This document shows, piece by piece, positions 21,206 through 30,179 of a stretch of DNA of 62,395 nt. The notes under the pieces are model-generated. The model was given only the letters and a program-made list of their open reading frames with translations, did not search any database and was not told the origin of the DNA. The position numbers were made by a program, and so were the translations under genes. The stretch is taken from the NCBI GenBank assembly GCA_947449025.1, contig CANFQF010000001.1, positions 1 through 62,395 on the forward strand. Reading direction: 5' to 3'. The first letter of the stretch is position 1; each line of letters starts with the position of its first letter. The stretch is from Comamonadaceae bacterium (GTDB lineage Bacteria; Pseudomonadota; Gammaproteobacteria; Burkholderiales; Burkholderiaceae_C).

Positions 21206-22395
21206 TGTCCGGCAGGCGACCCTTGCTGCAGGCCCTGCTCGGGGCTGGCGCCCTTTTAAGCCTGGGTGCTTGGAGCCGCTCTGCGCAGGCGCAGGGACAC
21301 GCAAAGACGCAGCCGCAAATGCAGACGCAGACGCAGACGCCGTTGCAAGGCCAAGCCGCCGCGCGAGCGCCGGCACCCTCTGCCCCGCAGGTGCCAACCA
21401 CCGTGCTGGCGCCACGCACCTTGCGCTTTCCGCGCGACCACGGCGCCCACCCCGAGCTGCGCACGGAGTGGTGGTACCTCACCGGCAACGCCAGCGCCGG
21501 CGCGCGGCGCTGGGGCTTTCAGGTGACCTTCTTTCGCAGCCGGGTCGACGCCACCCGTGGCATGACCTCGGCCTTCGCCGCGCGCGAGCTGCTGTTTGCC
21601 CATGCGGCAGTGACCGACCTGGCCACCGGTCGGCTGCACCATGACCAGCGCATCGCCCGGGCGGGCTTTGGCGTGGCGCAGGCGGGGCTGGACGACACCG
21701 ACCTGCGCATTCGCGACTGGACCCTGCAACGACAAGCCGACGGCCACTACCGGGCCCGCGTCGAAGGCGGCGACTTCGCCCTCGACCTGAACGCCACACC
21801 GACCCAGCCGCTGCTGCTGCAGGGGCAGGAGGGACTGTCACGCAAGGGCCCCGAGCCGGCGCAGGCGAGCTACTACTACAGCCAGCCGCAGTTGCAGGTG
21901 CAGGGCCGGCTGCGACTCGGACAGCAGGCCAGCCAGGTGAGCGGACAAGCCTGGCTGGACCACGAGTGGAGCGAAGCGCTCCTGCATCCCGAAGCGGTGG
22001 GCTGGGACTGGGTGGGCATGAACCTGGCCGATGGCGGCGCCCTCACCGTGTTCCAGCTGCGGCGGGCCGATGGCAGCCCGCTATGGGCGGGAGGTTCCTG
22101 GCGCGCCGCCGGCGGCGTGGCCCAGGCCTTTGGGCCACAGGCGGTGCGGATGGTCCCCACGCGTCACTGGACCAGCCCCCTGACCCGCACGCGCTATCCG
22201 GTGGCTTGGACGCTTGAGACACCCCAGGGCCGCTTCACCGTGGAGGCATTGGCCGACGCGCAAGAACTCGACAGCCGTCTTTCCACTGGCACCGTGTATT
22301 GGGAGGGCCTGTCTGAATTGCGCGATGCAACAGGCCGCGCGCTGGGCCAGGGTTACCTCGAGCTCACTGGCTACGGCGACCGGCTGCGGATGTAG
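21205..22395 (+). CDS. AttH-like / carotenoid 1,2-hydratase-lipocalin domain protein, probable Tat substrate
   Basis: SGRRPLL N-terminus; FPRDHGAHP..RTEWWY, WLDHEWS, GWDW, YWEG and GYLELTGY motifs. Confidence 0.85.
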   Translation: MSGRRPLLQALLGAGALLSLGAWSRSAQAQGHAKTQPQMQTQTQTPLQGQAAARAPAPSAPQVPTTVLAPRTLRFPRDHGAHPELRTEWWYLTGNASAGARRWGFQVTFFRSRVDATRGMTSAFAARELLFAHAAVTDLATGRLHHDQRIARAGFGVAQAGLDDTDLRIRDWTLQRQADGHYRARVEGGDFALDLNATPTQPLLLQGQEGLSRKGPEPAQASYYYSQPQLQVQGRLRLGQQASQVSGQAWLDHEWSEALLHPEAVGWDWVGMNLADGGALTVFQLRRADGSPLWAGGSWRAAGGVAQAFGPQAVRMVPTRHWTSPLTRTRYPVAWTLETPQGRFTVEALADAQELDSRLSTGTVYWEGLSELRDATGRALGQGYLELTGYGDRLRM

Positions 22396-22485
22396 GCATC
22401 GAAGGCCAAGATGGCTCAGATGACCACTTAGGCCCACGGGGACCCGGCAGATCTGCCGGACTTGGCAGCGACGAGGGCGGCCGCC

Positions 22486-23637
22486 TCAGGAAGCCTCGCG
22501 CAGATCCAGCCCGCCGGCATCCGGCGCCAAGCCCGCGGCCAAGCGCAGGCGCAGCGACAAATCGGTGCGCGAGTCGGCATGGTCCAGCGCCTGCTGCGCG
22601 GTGATCTCGCCGGCCTGGACGAGGTCATAAAGCGACTGGTCAAAGGTCTGCATGCCCACCACGCTCGATTTGGCGATAGCCGCGCGCAACTGGTCGATCT
22701 CGCCACGCTGAATAAGGTCGGACACAAAGGCCGTGAGCAGCATGACCTCGGCCGCCGGAATGCGCGGGCCCTTTTGGCGCTCGATCAGTCGCTGACCGAT
22801 CACGCCCTTGAGGTTGAGCGACAGATCCAGCAGCACCTGCCGGCGCGCGGACTCCGGATAGAAGTGGAGGATGCGCTCGATCGCCTGCGAGGCGTTATTG
22901 GCATGCAGGGTGGACACGCACAGGTGGCCGGTTTCCGCGTAGCGCAGCGCGTGGCGCATGGTCTCTTCGTCGCGGATTTCGCCGATCATGATGACGTCGG
23001 GCGCCTCGCGCAGCGCGTGACGCAGCGCGTCGTGAAAGCTCAGGGTGTCCAGTCCCACCTCGCGCTGGTCGACGATGCAGCGGCGGTGGCTGTGGAGGAA
23101 TTCGATCGGGTCCTCGACGGTCAGGATATGCCCGGGCGAGGTGAGGTTGCGGTGCTCGAGCATACCCGCCAGGGTGGTGGATTTGCCCGAGCCGGCCGAG
23201 CCCACAACCAGCACCAGCCCCTGACGCAGCAGGGCCAGTTTGGCCACCACCGGCGGCAGGTTCAGCGATTCGAGCCGCGGCACATCGTGCTTGACCAGGC
23301 GCGCCACCACGCTCACCTCGCTGCGCTGGAGGAAGACGTTGAAGCGAAAGCGGGCGAGGCCGCTGACGCTCACCGCCAGGTCGCACTCGAGCGTCATCTC
23401 GAACTGGCGGATCTGCGATTCAGTCATCACCGAATACGCCATGGCGCGCACCGCGCCAGGACGCAGCGTGTCGGAACCAACAGCCACCATCCGGCCTTCG
23501 ACCTTGATGGTGGGAAGCGCACCCACAGAAAGGAAAAGGTCGGACGCACCGACCTTGACCATCTGCTGCAAAAAGGCGCTGAGGTCTACGCGCTCCGCGG
23601 GACTGATGTCGTCGGGCTCGTGCATGGGGCGGTTCAT
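22486..23637 (-). CDS. pilU: PilT/PilU family type IV pilus retraction ATPase (PilU-like)
   Basis: GSAGSGKSTT, TVEDPIE, QREVGLDT, LREAPDVIMIGEIRD, ETGHLCVSTLH and GMQTFDQSL motifs. Confidence 0.88.
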   Translation of the reverse strand: MNRPMHEPDDISPAERVDLSAFLQQMVKVGASDLFLSVGALPTIKVEGRMVAVGSDTLRPGAVRAMAYSVMTESQIRQFEMTLECDLAVSVSGLARFRFNVFLQRSEVSVVARLVKHDVPRLESLNLPPVVAKLALLRQGLVLVVGSAGSGKSTTLAGMLEHRNLTSPGHILTVEDPIEFLHSHRRCIVDQREVGLDTLSFHDALRHALREAPDVIMIGEIRDEETMRHALRYAETGHLCVSTLHANNASQAIERILHFYPESARRQVLLDLSLNLKGVIGQRLIERQKGPRIPAAEVMLLTAFVSDLIQRGEIDQLRAAIAKSSVVGMQTFDQSLYDLVQAGEITAQQALDHADSRTDLSLRLRLAAGLAPDAGGLDLREAS

Positions 23638-23713
23638 CGGGTCATCTCCTGACGGTGATAACCCATTCTACTGATGGGATGGCGCCCGTCATACCCTGAC
23701 CGCGGCGCCAGTC

Positions 23714-24148
23714 TCAGTCGCCCAGAACCTCGATGGCACCGGCTCCCGCCAGAAGGTGCCTCACCTGCTGCGCGACGGACCCAGTGAGCCGAGCGGCCAG
23801 ACCGAGCGGACGGTCCGGGCCCATGACCACCTTGTCGCAATCGAGCTCGCAAGCCACTTTGGCAATGGTTTCCGCACGGCGACCGACCCGGACCAGGCAA
23901 TCAAAGGGCACGCCAGCGTCGGCCAGGCGTTGCCGGTGCGCGGCCAGTTCCTCCTCACCCATCTCCTCGTGCAGCCCGCGCAACTCGGACTCGGCGAAGA
24001 ACATGCCGACATGGGAGGACACAGGCAATTGCACACTGAGCAAGTGCACCAGATTCGATCCGCTGCCGCACAGGGCAATCGCGCGCTCGATGGCCTCACG
24101 GGTATGACCCGGGTGGTCACCGTCGACGGGAATGAGCATTGCGGACAT
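23714..24148 (-). CDS. Universal stress protein
   Basis: MLIPVDG start and VVMG...GSVAQQV C-terminal USP motif. Confidence 0.85.
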   Translation of the reverse strand: MSAMLIPVDGDHPGHTREAIERAIALCGSGSNLVHLLSVQLPVSSHVGMFFAESELRGLHEEMGEEELAAHRQRLADAGVPFDCLVRVGRRAETIAKVACELDCDKVVMGPDRPLGLAARLTGSVAQQVRHLLAGAGAIEVLGD

Positions 24149-24231
24149 CGCTTTCTCCTTTCGGGGGATGGGAGGTTCAGAGCGACTTGTGGCGACAAGG
24201 CACGCACAAGGCGTGCCTTGTGACCGCTGCC

Positions 24232-24939
24232 TCAGGCCGGTTTGCCGGCTTCGCCAGCGTCGTTATCGCCGTCGCCGCCACGGGAGGCCAGCCACTTGCC
24301 GGCCACCACCACCAGCAAGGCACCCAGGATAGGAGCGATGGTGTGGACACTGTGGTGCGCATCGGACCAGGCAGCGATGGAGGGGTCGGAGACCGCCATC
24401 TCGCCGGCCACCCAGCCCAGGAGCGCGGCGCCCAGGGTGATGATGATGGGGAAGCGGGTCATCAGCTTGAGGATGATGGTGCTGCCGTAGATGATCAGCG
24501 GAATGCTGATGCCCAGGCCCAGCACCAGCAGGACGATGTTGCCCTTGGCGGCGGCGGCCACACCGATCACGTTGTCCAGACTCATCACCAAGTCGGCAAT
24601 GATGATCGTCTTGATGGCGGCCATCAGGCCCGAGTGACCTTCAAGGTCGCCCTCATCGTCATCGCCCTTGAGCAGGCCGACGCCGATCCACAGCAGCAGG
24701 GCGGCGCCCACCAGCTTTAGATACGGCAGCGTGAGCAGGTAGACGGCAAAGAAGGTCAGGATGATCCGCAGCACGATTGCGCCCACGCTGCCGGCGAGGA
24801 TGGCCTTTTTCTGCTGCTCAGGGGGCAGCGACCGACAGGCCAGGGCAATCACCACGGCGTTGTCGCCGGAGAGCACGATGTTGATCAGGATGATCTGGGC
24901 CAGAGCGAGCCAGAATTCGGGGGTGGTTAGGAAATCCAT
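24232..24939 (-). CDS. TerC family (YjbE-like) membrane protein
   Basis: LSGDNAVVIALA and ADLVMSLDNV motifs. Confidence 0.92.
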   Translation of the reverse strand: MDFLTTPEFWLALAQIILINIVLSGDNAVVIALACRSLPPEQQKKAILAGSVGAIVLRIILTFFAVYLLTLPYLKLVGAALLLWIGVGLLKGDDDEGDLEGHSGLMAAIKTIIIADLVMSLDNVIGVAAAAKGNIVLLVLGLGISIPLIIYGSTIILKLMTRFPIIITLGAALLGWVAGEMAVSDPSIAAWSDAHHSVHTIAPILGALLVVVAGKWLASRGGDGDNDAGEAGKPA

Positions 24940-24993
24940 TTTTTTGTCGTTCCTCGGGCTACCCCCGGTGCGAACTGCCCGAGGTGTGCCGCA

Positions 24994-25036
24994 AGCGTAG
25001 GAAGCGGCGCTGTCGGCTTCATTTCCGCCAGCTTTC
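24994..25036 (-). promoter_or_regulatory. Candidate OmpR-family binding repeats plus -10 for the terC-usp unit
   Basis: On the minus strand GAAAG, GAAAT and GACAG at exact 11-bp spacing, then TACGCT. Confidence 0.45.
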
Positions 25037-25043
25037 CCTCACC

Positions 25044-26495
25044 TTACAAAACAGGCGGAACCCGCGGGAACCAGACGCGGAAGGTATTGCCCACGCCGTC
25101 CTCGTCTTCGTCGATCGTGATGCGGGCCCCGTGCAGGCGAGCGATTTCGCTCACGATGGCCAGCCCCAGGCCGCTGCCATCGGCCTGGGTGCCCAGCACA
25201 CGGTGGAAACGCTGGAAAACCCGCTCGCGCTCGGCGGGCGGAATGTGCGGGCCGTCATCGTGCACCGAGAGGCAAGCCTCCCCCGAGGGCGCCACCTGCA
25301 GGCCCACCGTGACCCGGCCGGACTCGCGGCTGTAGCGGACCGCGTTGTCCACGAGGTTGTTCAGGAGTTCGCGCAGGCGGTCGGCGTCTGCATGGACGAT
25401 GACCGGCGCCTCGGGCCCGTCAAATCCGAGGTCGATTTGGCGGCGCAGGGCCTGGGGCACCCACTCCATGCTGACCTGCAGCGCCAGGTCGGTGAGGTCG
25501 GTGGGCGCCAGCGCCAAAGTGGCAGCGGCCTCGGGCTCGTTGCGGGCCAGTGCCAGGAGCTGGCGCACCAGGCGCGAGAGGCGCTCGACGCCCAGGTGAA
25601 TTTGGGCCATGGAGCGATGCAGTCGCTGGGGGTCCTCCTCGCGCAGGGCCAGCTCGATCTGCGCCTTGAGGCCGCTGACCGGCGTCTTGAGCTGGTGGGC
25701 GGCGTCGGCGATGAACCGGTTTTGCATGTCCAAGGTCTGGCCTAGCCGCGCCATGAGCGCGTTCACTTCCTCCACCATGGGCCGCAGGTCGGCCGGCACA
25801 TCGGCCGCGTCGAGCGGCTCGAGGGCGCGGTGCGAGCGCTTGGCCAGCGCCTCGCGCAGTGCGGCGAGCGGCCGCAGGCCGTTCGTGACAGCGAGGGCGG
25901 CGGTGCCAAGCACGATCACGATCAGGAGTAATTGAGGGACCAGGGCGTAGGCCATGATTTCACGCAAAAGCGCGTCACGTTGGTGGCGGGTTTCGGCCAC
26001 CTGCACCAGCACCCACTGCGGCGGCACCGGGTCCACGGGGGTGGCGGGCTGCACGGGCAGCCACCAGGCCAGCAAACGCGCCGCTTCGCCCTCGAGGCGG
26101 CCCCCGTAGTAGACCGGCGGCCCGCCAGGCCGGGCGGGCGCCGTGGGCAGCGCCAGGTCGGCCAGGCCGCCCAGGGTGCGGCCCTGGGCGTCGGCGATGC
26201 GCCAGGCGATGCGGTCCTCCTCGTCGACGAGAAGAATTCTTTCGGCCGCCGGGGTGAGTGACAGCCGCAGTCCGGCGCTCTCCCCGCCAGGCGCGGCCTC
26301 CACATGCAGCACGAGTTCGCGCGCCAATTCATTGAGTGACCGGTCATGGGCCAGGTCGGCGGCGCGTTGTGCGCCCCACCAACTCACCGCCGAGTCGAGC
26401 AACAGCACCACCGCCAGCGGCCATACCAGCCAGCGCAGCAAGGTGCGGCGCAGCGTGGGCGCAGCCGCCGCCCTGCCCTCAGGCCGGCTCACCAT
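25044..26495 (-). CDS. Sensor histidine kinase (TctE/QseC-like)
   Basis: FIADAAHQLKTP H-box, NLVDNAVRY, DDGP and GSGLGLAIV motifs; two TM segments. Confidence 0.93.
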   Translation of the reverse strand: MVSRPEGRAAAAPTLRRTLLRWLVWPLAVVLLLDSAVSWWGAQRAADLAHDRSLNELARELVLHVEAAPGGESAGLRLSLTPAAERILLVDEEDRIAWRIADAQGRTLGGLADLALPTAPARPGGPPVYYGGRLEGEAARLLAWWLPVQPATPVDPVPPQWVLVQVAETRHQRDALLREIMAYALVPQLLLIVIVLGTAALAVTNGLRPLAALREALAKRSHRALEPLDAADVPADLRPMVEEVNALMARLGQTLDMQNRFIADAAHQLKTPVSGLKAQIELALREEDPQRLHRSMAQIHLGVERLSRLVRQLLALARNEPEAAATLALAPTDLTDLALQVSMEWVPQALRRQIDLGFDGPEAPVIVHADADRLRELLNNLVDNAVRYSRESGRVTVGLQVAPSGEACLSVHDDGPHIPPAERERVFQRFHRVLGTQADGSGLGLAIVSEIARLHGARITIDEDEDGVGNTFRVWFPRVPPVL

Positions 26496-27156
26496 CGGCC
26501 CGCTCCACCAGATAGCCCATGCCCCGGACCGTGCGGATTTCGCAGCCCAGGGGCTCGAGCTTCTTGCGGATCCGATGCACATAGACCTCAATGGCGTTGG
26601 CGCCGACCTCGTCGCCCCACCCGTACAAGTGGTTGACCATGTGCTCCTTGCTCACCACCCGGCCGGCGCGCATCAGCAGCAGCTCGAGCACCGCAAACTC
26701 GCGGGCAGACAGCTCGACCGGCTGCCCCTCGTGATAAACCCGGCGCGCGCTGGTGTCCAGGCGCAGCCGTCCATGGACCAGGCTGGAGTCGACCTCGGCG
26801 CCGCGCCGCAAAAGTGCGCGCACGCGGGCCTCCAGCTCGGGCAGGTCGAAGGGCTTGGTGAGGTAGTCGTCGGCACCGGCGTCCAGACCACGCACCCGGT
26901 CGGACAGGGCGTCCATTGCGGTGAGCATCAGCACCGGAACGCGGGAGCGGCGGTTACGCAGTCGCTCCAGCACTTCCAGCCCGGACAGGCCCGGCAGACC
27001 GATGTCGAGAATGGCCAGGTCATAAACCTGATGGGACAGCGCAGCGTCGGCCTCGTCGCCGGTGGTCACCACGTCGACCGCATAGGTCGACTGCGTCAAG
27101 GCGCGGCCCACCGCGTCGGCCAGCAATTTATCGTCTTCAACCAGGAGAATGCGCAC
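26479..27156 (-). CDS. OmpR-family response regulator (TctD/QseB-like)
   Basis: RILLVEDD, LDIGLP, GADDYLTKPF and NAIEVYVHRIRKKL motifs. Confidence 0.94.
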   Translation of the reverse strand: MRILLVEDDKLLADAVGRALTQSTYAVDVVTTGDEADAALSHQVYDLAILDIGLPGLSGLEVLERLRNRRSRVPVLMLTAMDALSDRVRGLDAGADDYLTKPFDLPELEARVRALLRRGAEVDSSLVHGRLRLDTSARRVYHEGQPVELSAREFAVLELLLMRAGRVVSKEHMVNHLYGWGDEVGANAIEVYVHRIRKKLEPLGCEIRTVRGMGYLVERADGEPA

Positions 27157-27217
27157 GGGGGCAATGCTAACCCGGCCCGCATCCTCCCCTTTGTGCAGGG
27201 GCGCCCAGATGCCTGCC

Positions 27218-28822
27218 TCAGTGGGCGCCCGCCGCTGCATCGGAGCTGGAGCCGGGTCCGCGCCCTGATCCTGGCCCCGGCCCTGGGCCAGCCGCCAACC
27301 GGGGCGGCGCCTTCGTCATCCAGACCAAGACGATCAGGCCGAGAAAAATCCAGGCCGAAGCCCGGAACAGGTCGTCTGCGGCGAGCATGAAGGCCTGCTG
27401 GTCCACCAGGCGGTTGATCTGCGCCAGCGCCTGCTGCTGCGACAGACCCGACGACATCAAGGTCTGGAGCGTGCTCATCGCCACCGGGTTGCCGGCGTTG
27501 ACCGACTCCGCCAGGTGGGCATGGTGCATGGCGGCTCGGCTTTCCCAGAGCGTGGTGAACACGGATGTCCCCAGCGCGCCGGCGGTGATACGCACGAAGT
27601 TGGTCAGGCCCGAGGCGCTGGGCATCTGCTGCGGGGTCAAGCCGGACAAGGTCAGCGTCACCAGCGGGATGAAGAAAAAGGCCATGGCCACGCCTTGGAT
27701 CAAGGTCGGAATCAGGATGGTGAACTGGTCGGTCTGGGTATTGAAATGCGAACGCATCCAGAGCACCACCGCGAAGATCAGGAAGGCGAAGGACGCGTAT
27801 TTGCGCGGGTCGACCTTTTGAATGGTTCGGCCCACGATGGGCGAAAGCACCAAGGCCAGCAGGCCGACAGGCGCTGTGACCATGCCAGCATCGGTGGCGG
27901 TGTAGCCCATGTACTGCTGCAACCACAGGGGCAGCAGCACGACGTTGCCGAAGAAGAGGCCAAAGCCCACGGAGGTGACCAAAGTTCCGGCCCAGAAGTT
28001 GCGCCGCCGAAACAGCCGCAGGTCCACCACCGGATGGTCCTCGGTGAGCTCCCACACCAGAAAATAGACAAAGCCCACCAGCGCAGTCATGGCCAAGATG
28101 GTGATAACCGGCGATTCAAACCAGTCCATCTCCTTGCCCAGGTCCAGCATCATCTGCAGGCTGCCGACCCAGACCACCAGCAGTGCCAGGCCGACACTGT
28201 CGATCGGCACGCGCCGGATCACGCTCTCGCGGCGGCGGTAAATGGCCAGTGCCGCAAAGCCAGCCACGATCCCCACCGGAACGTTGATGTAGAAAATCCA
28301 GGGCCAGGAGAAGTTGTCGGTGATCCATCCCCCCAACAAGGGCCCCATCACCGGGGCGACCAGGGTGGTCATCGCCCACAGGGCCATGGCCAAGCCGGCC
28401 AGGGCCCGGGGGTAACTTGCCAGCAGCAGGGCCTGTGACAGCGGAATCATCGGCCCCGCGACGAAGCCCTGCAGGGCCCGGGCCGCGATCAGGAGCGGCA
28501 TGCTCGGCGCCAGGCCGCACAACCACGAGGCCAGCACGAACAGCAGGACGCTGGCAACAAACAGGCGCACCTGACCAAAACGCTGGGACAGCCAGCCGGT
28601 GAGCGGCACAGAAATGGCATTGGCCACAGCGAAGCTGGTGATGACCCAGGTGCCCTGATTGGGGCTGACCCCCAGGTTGCCAGCGATGGCGGGCAGCGAG
28701 ACGTTGGCGATGGACGTGTCCAGCACGTTCATGAAGGTGGCGCCGGACAGGGCGATGGTGCCCCAGATCCGCGCCGCGCCCTGGAGCGGCTGGTGCTCCT
28801 GCATCGCGCCGGGTGCGGCCAT
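27218..28822 (-). CDS. emrB: DHA2 family MFS efflux permease EmrB
   Basis: FMNVLDTSIANVSLP, GPLLGGWITDNFSWPWIFYINVP; adjacent to an EmrA-like gene. Confidence 0.92.
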   Translation of the reverse strand: MAAPGAMQEHQPLQGAARIWGTIALSGATFMNVLDTSIANVSLPAIAGNLGVSPNQGTWVITSFAVANAISVPLTGWLSQRFGQVRLFVASVLLFVLASWLCGLAPSMPLLIAARALQGFVAGPMIPLSQALLLASYPRALAGLAMALWAMTTLVAPVMGPLLGGWITDNFSWPWIFYINVPVGIVAGFAALAIYRRRESVIRRVPIDSVGLALLVVWVGSLQMMLDLGKEMDWFESPVITILAMTALVGFVYFLVWELTEDHPVVDLRLFRRRNFWAGTLVTSVGFGLFFGNVVLLPLWLQQYMGYTATDAGMVTAPVGLLALVLSPIVGRTIQKVDPRKYASFAFLIFAVVLWMRSHFNTQTDQFTILIPTLIQGVAMAFFFIPLVTLTLSGLTPQQMPSASGLTNFVRITAGALGTSVFTTLWESRAAMHHAHLAESVNAGNPVAMSTLQTLMSSGLSQQQALAQINRLVDQQAFMLAADDLFRASAWIFLGLIVLVWMTKAPPRLAAGPGPGPGSGRGPGSSSDAAAGAH

Positions 28823-28823
28823 G

Positions 28824-30164
28824 TCAGCGACTCGCAGCAGCAGTCGCCGCGGGTGCTACCTTCGCCGCCCGCATCGCCGCGCCGCGCGGCGATGGGCCCA
28901 GGTTGGCGGCGATCACCTGGCGCACCAGTGCCTCGCCGCCTGCGTCGTCAATGGCCAGGGCCTGGGTCTGAGTGCCCACGATTTCGGCGCGCTCGTCGAG
29001 CAGTTTGCCGTCCTGGCGGGTGACGTCGACCTCGGCATGCATGGACAGGCCCACTCGCAGCGGATGCGCGGCGATCTCCTTGGCATCGAGGGCCACACGC
29101 ACCGGCACCCGCTGCACCACCTTGATCCAGTTGCCCGTCGCGTTCTGCGCGGGCAACAGCGCGAAAGCGGCCCCGGTGCCCACACCCAGGCCGGCCACCT
29201 GCCCGTGGTAGCTGACCTGCTGCCCGTACAGGTCAGCGGTCAAAGTGACCGGCTGCCCGATGCGCAGCTTGCGCAATTGCACTTCCTTGAAGTTGGCTTC
29301 CACCCAAACCTGGTTCAGGGGAACGATGGTCATCAGCGGGGTACCCGCCGCAACCCGCTGTCCGAGCTGCACCGAACGGCGGGCCACGTAGCCCTCGACC
29401 GGCGCGGGCAGGGCCAGACGCTGGGTCGCCAGCCAGGCCTCGCGCACCCGGCCCGCAGCGGCCTGGACCGCCGGATGGCTTTCCACTGGCGTTCCCTCGG
29501 TCAGCGCCTGGTTGCTCACGAGCTGTTCGCGGGCGGAGAGGACAGCAGCCTCGGCCGAGGCCAATTGCTCACGGGCGTTACTCAGTTGCGCCTCGGCGTG
29601 GCGCAGTTCTTCACGGGACACCGCGCCGCTGCCGGCCAAGGCCTGGCGGCGCTGCAGGTCTTCGCCGGCGCGAACCACCTCATTGCGCACCCGGGCGACC
29701 TCCGCCTGGCGCAGCGCGACCTGCGCCGACAGGGAGCCATTGTTGGCGTAAACGGTACGTGCCTGGCGCACGGCCTGTGCGAGCGCCGCCTCGGCCTGTT
29801 GCAGGGCCACCTTCGCATCGGCCGGGTCGAGGCGAACCAGGGGCTGACCGGCCTTCACATGGTCGGTGTCGTCCACCAAGATGGCGGTCACCGTGCCACC
29901 CATCTGCGGGGTGATCTGGACCAGGTTGCTCTGCACGTAGGCGTTTTCAGTCGACTCGTAGCGGCTGGCCACCACCAGGTCATAGCCCACCCAGGCGCCG
30001 CCCAGCACCACCACCACCGCGGTCAATGTCAGCAGCGCGCGCTTGCGACGGCCGGGGGGCGCGGTGACGGGAGCACCGGCGCTCGGGGCGCCCATGGAAG
30101 GGGCTGCCGTCGGTGAGGCGGGGGCGGGGGCGCCGGCTGGGGAAGGGTTGGAGTTCGGGTTCAT
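28824..30164 (-). CDS. emrA: Efflux periplasmic adaptor EmrA
   Basis: STENAYV and LLPAQNATGNWIKVVQRVPVR motifs. Confidence 0.93.
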   Translation of the reverse strand: MNPNSNPSPAGAPAPASPTAAPSMGAPSAGAPVTAPPGRRKRALLTLTAVVVVLGGAWVGYDLVVASRYESTENAYVQSNLVQITPQMGGTVTAILVDDTDHVKAGQPLVRLDPADAKVALQQAEAALAQAVRQARTVYANNGSLSAQVALRQAEVARVRNEVVRAGEDLQRRQALAGSGAVSREELRHAEAQLSNAREQLASAEAAVLSAREQLVSNQALTEGTPVESHPAVQAAAGRVREAWLATQRLALPAPVEGYVARRSVQLGQRVAAGTPLMTIVPLNQVWVEANFKEVQLRKLRIGQPVTLTADLYGQQVSYHGQVAGLGVGTGAAFALLPAQNATGNWIKVVQRVPVRVALDAKEIAAHPLRVGLSMHAEVDVTRQDGKLLDERAEIVGTQTQALAIDDAGGEALVRQVIAANLGPSPRGAAMRAAKVAPAATAAASR

Positions 30165-30179
30165 CGCGGGGGCCTGGAA

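Noticed and set aside
24940-25043. yybP-ykoY Mn riboswitch upstream of terC
   Set aside because: Only a GGGGGTAGCC resemblance ~20 nt from the start codon; no room for the four-way junction.
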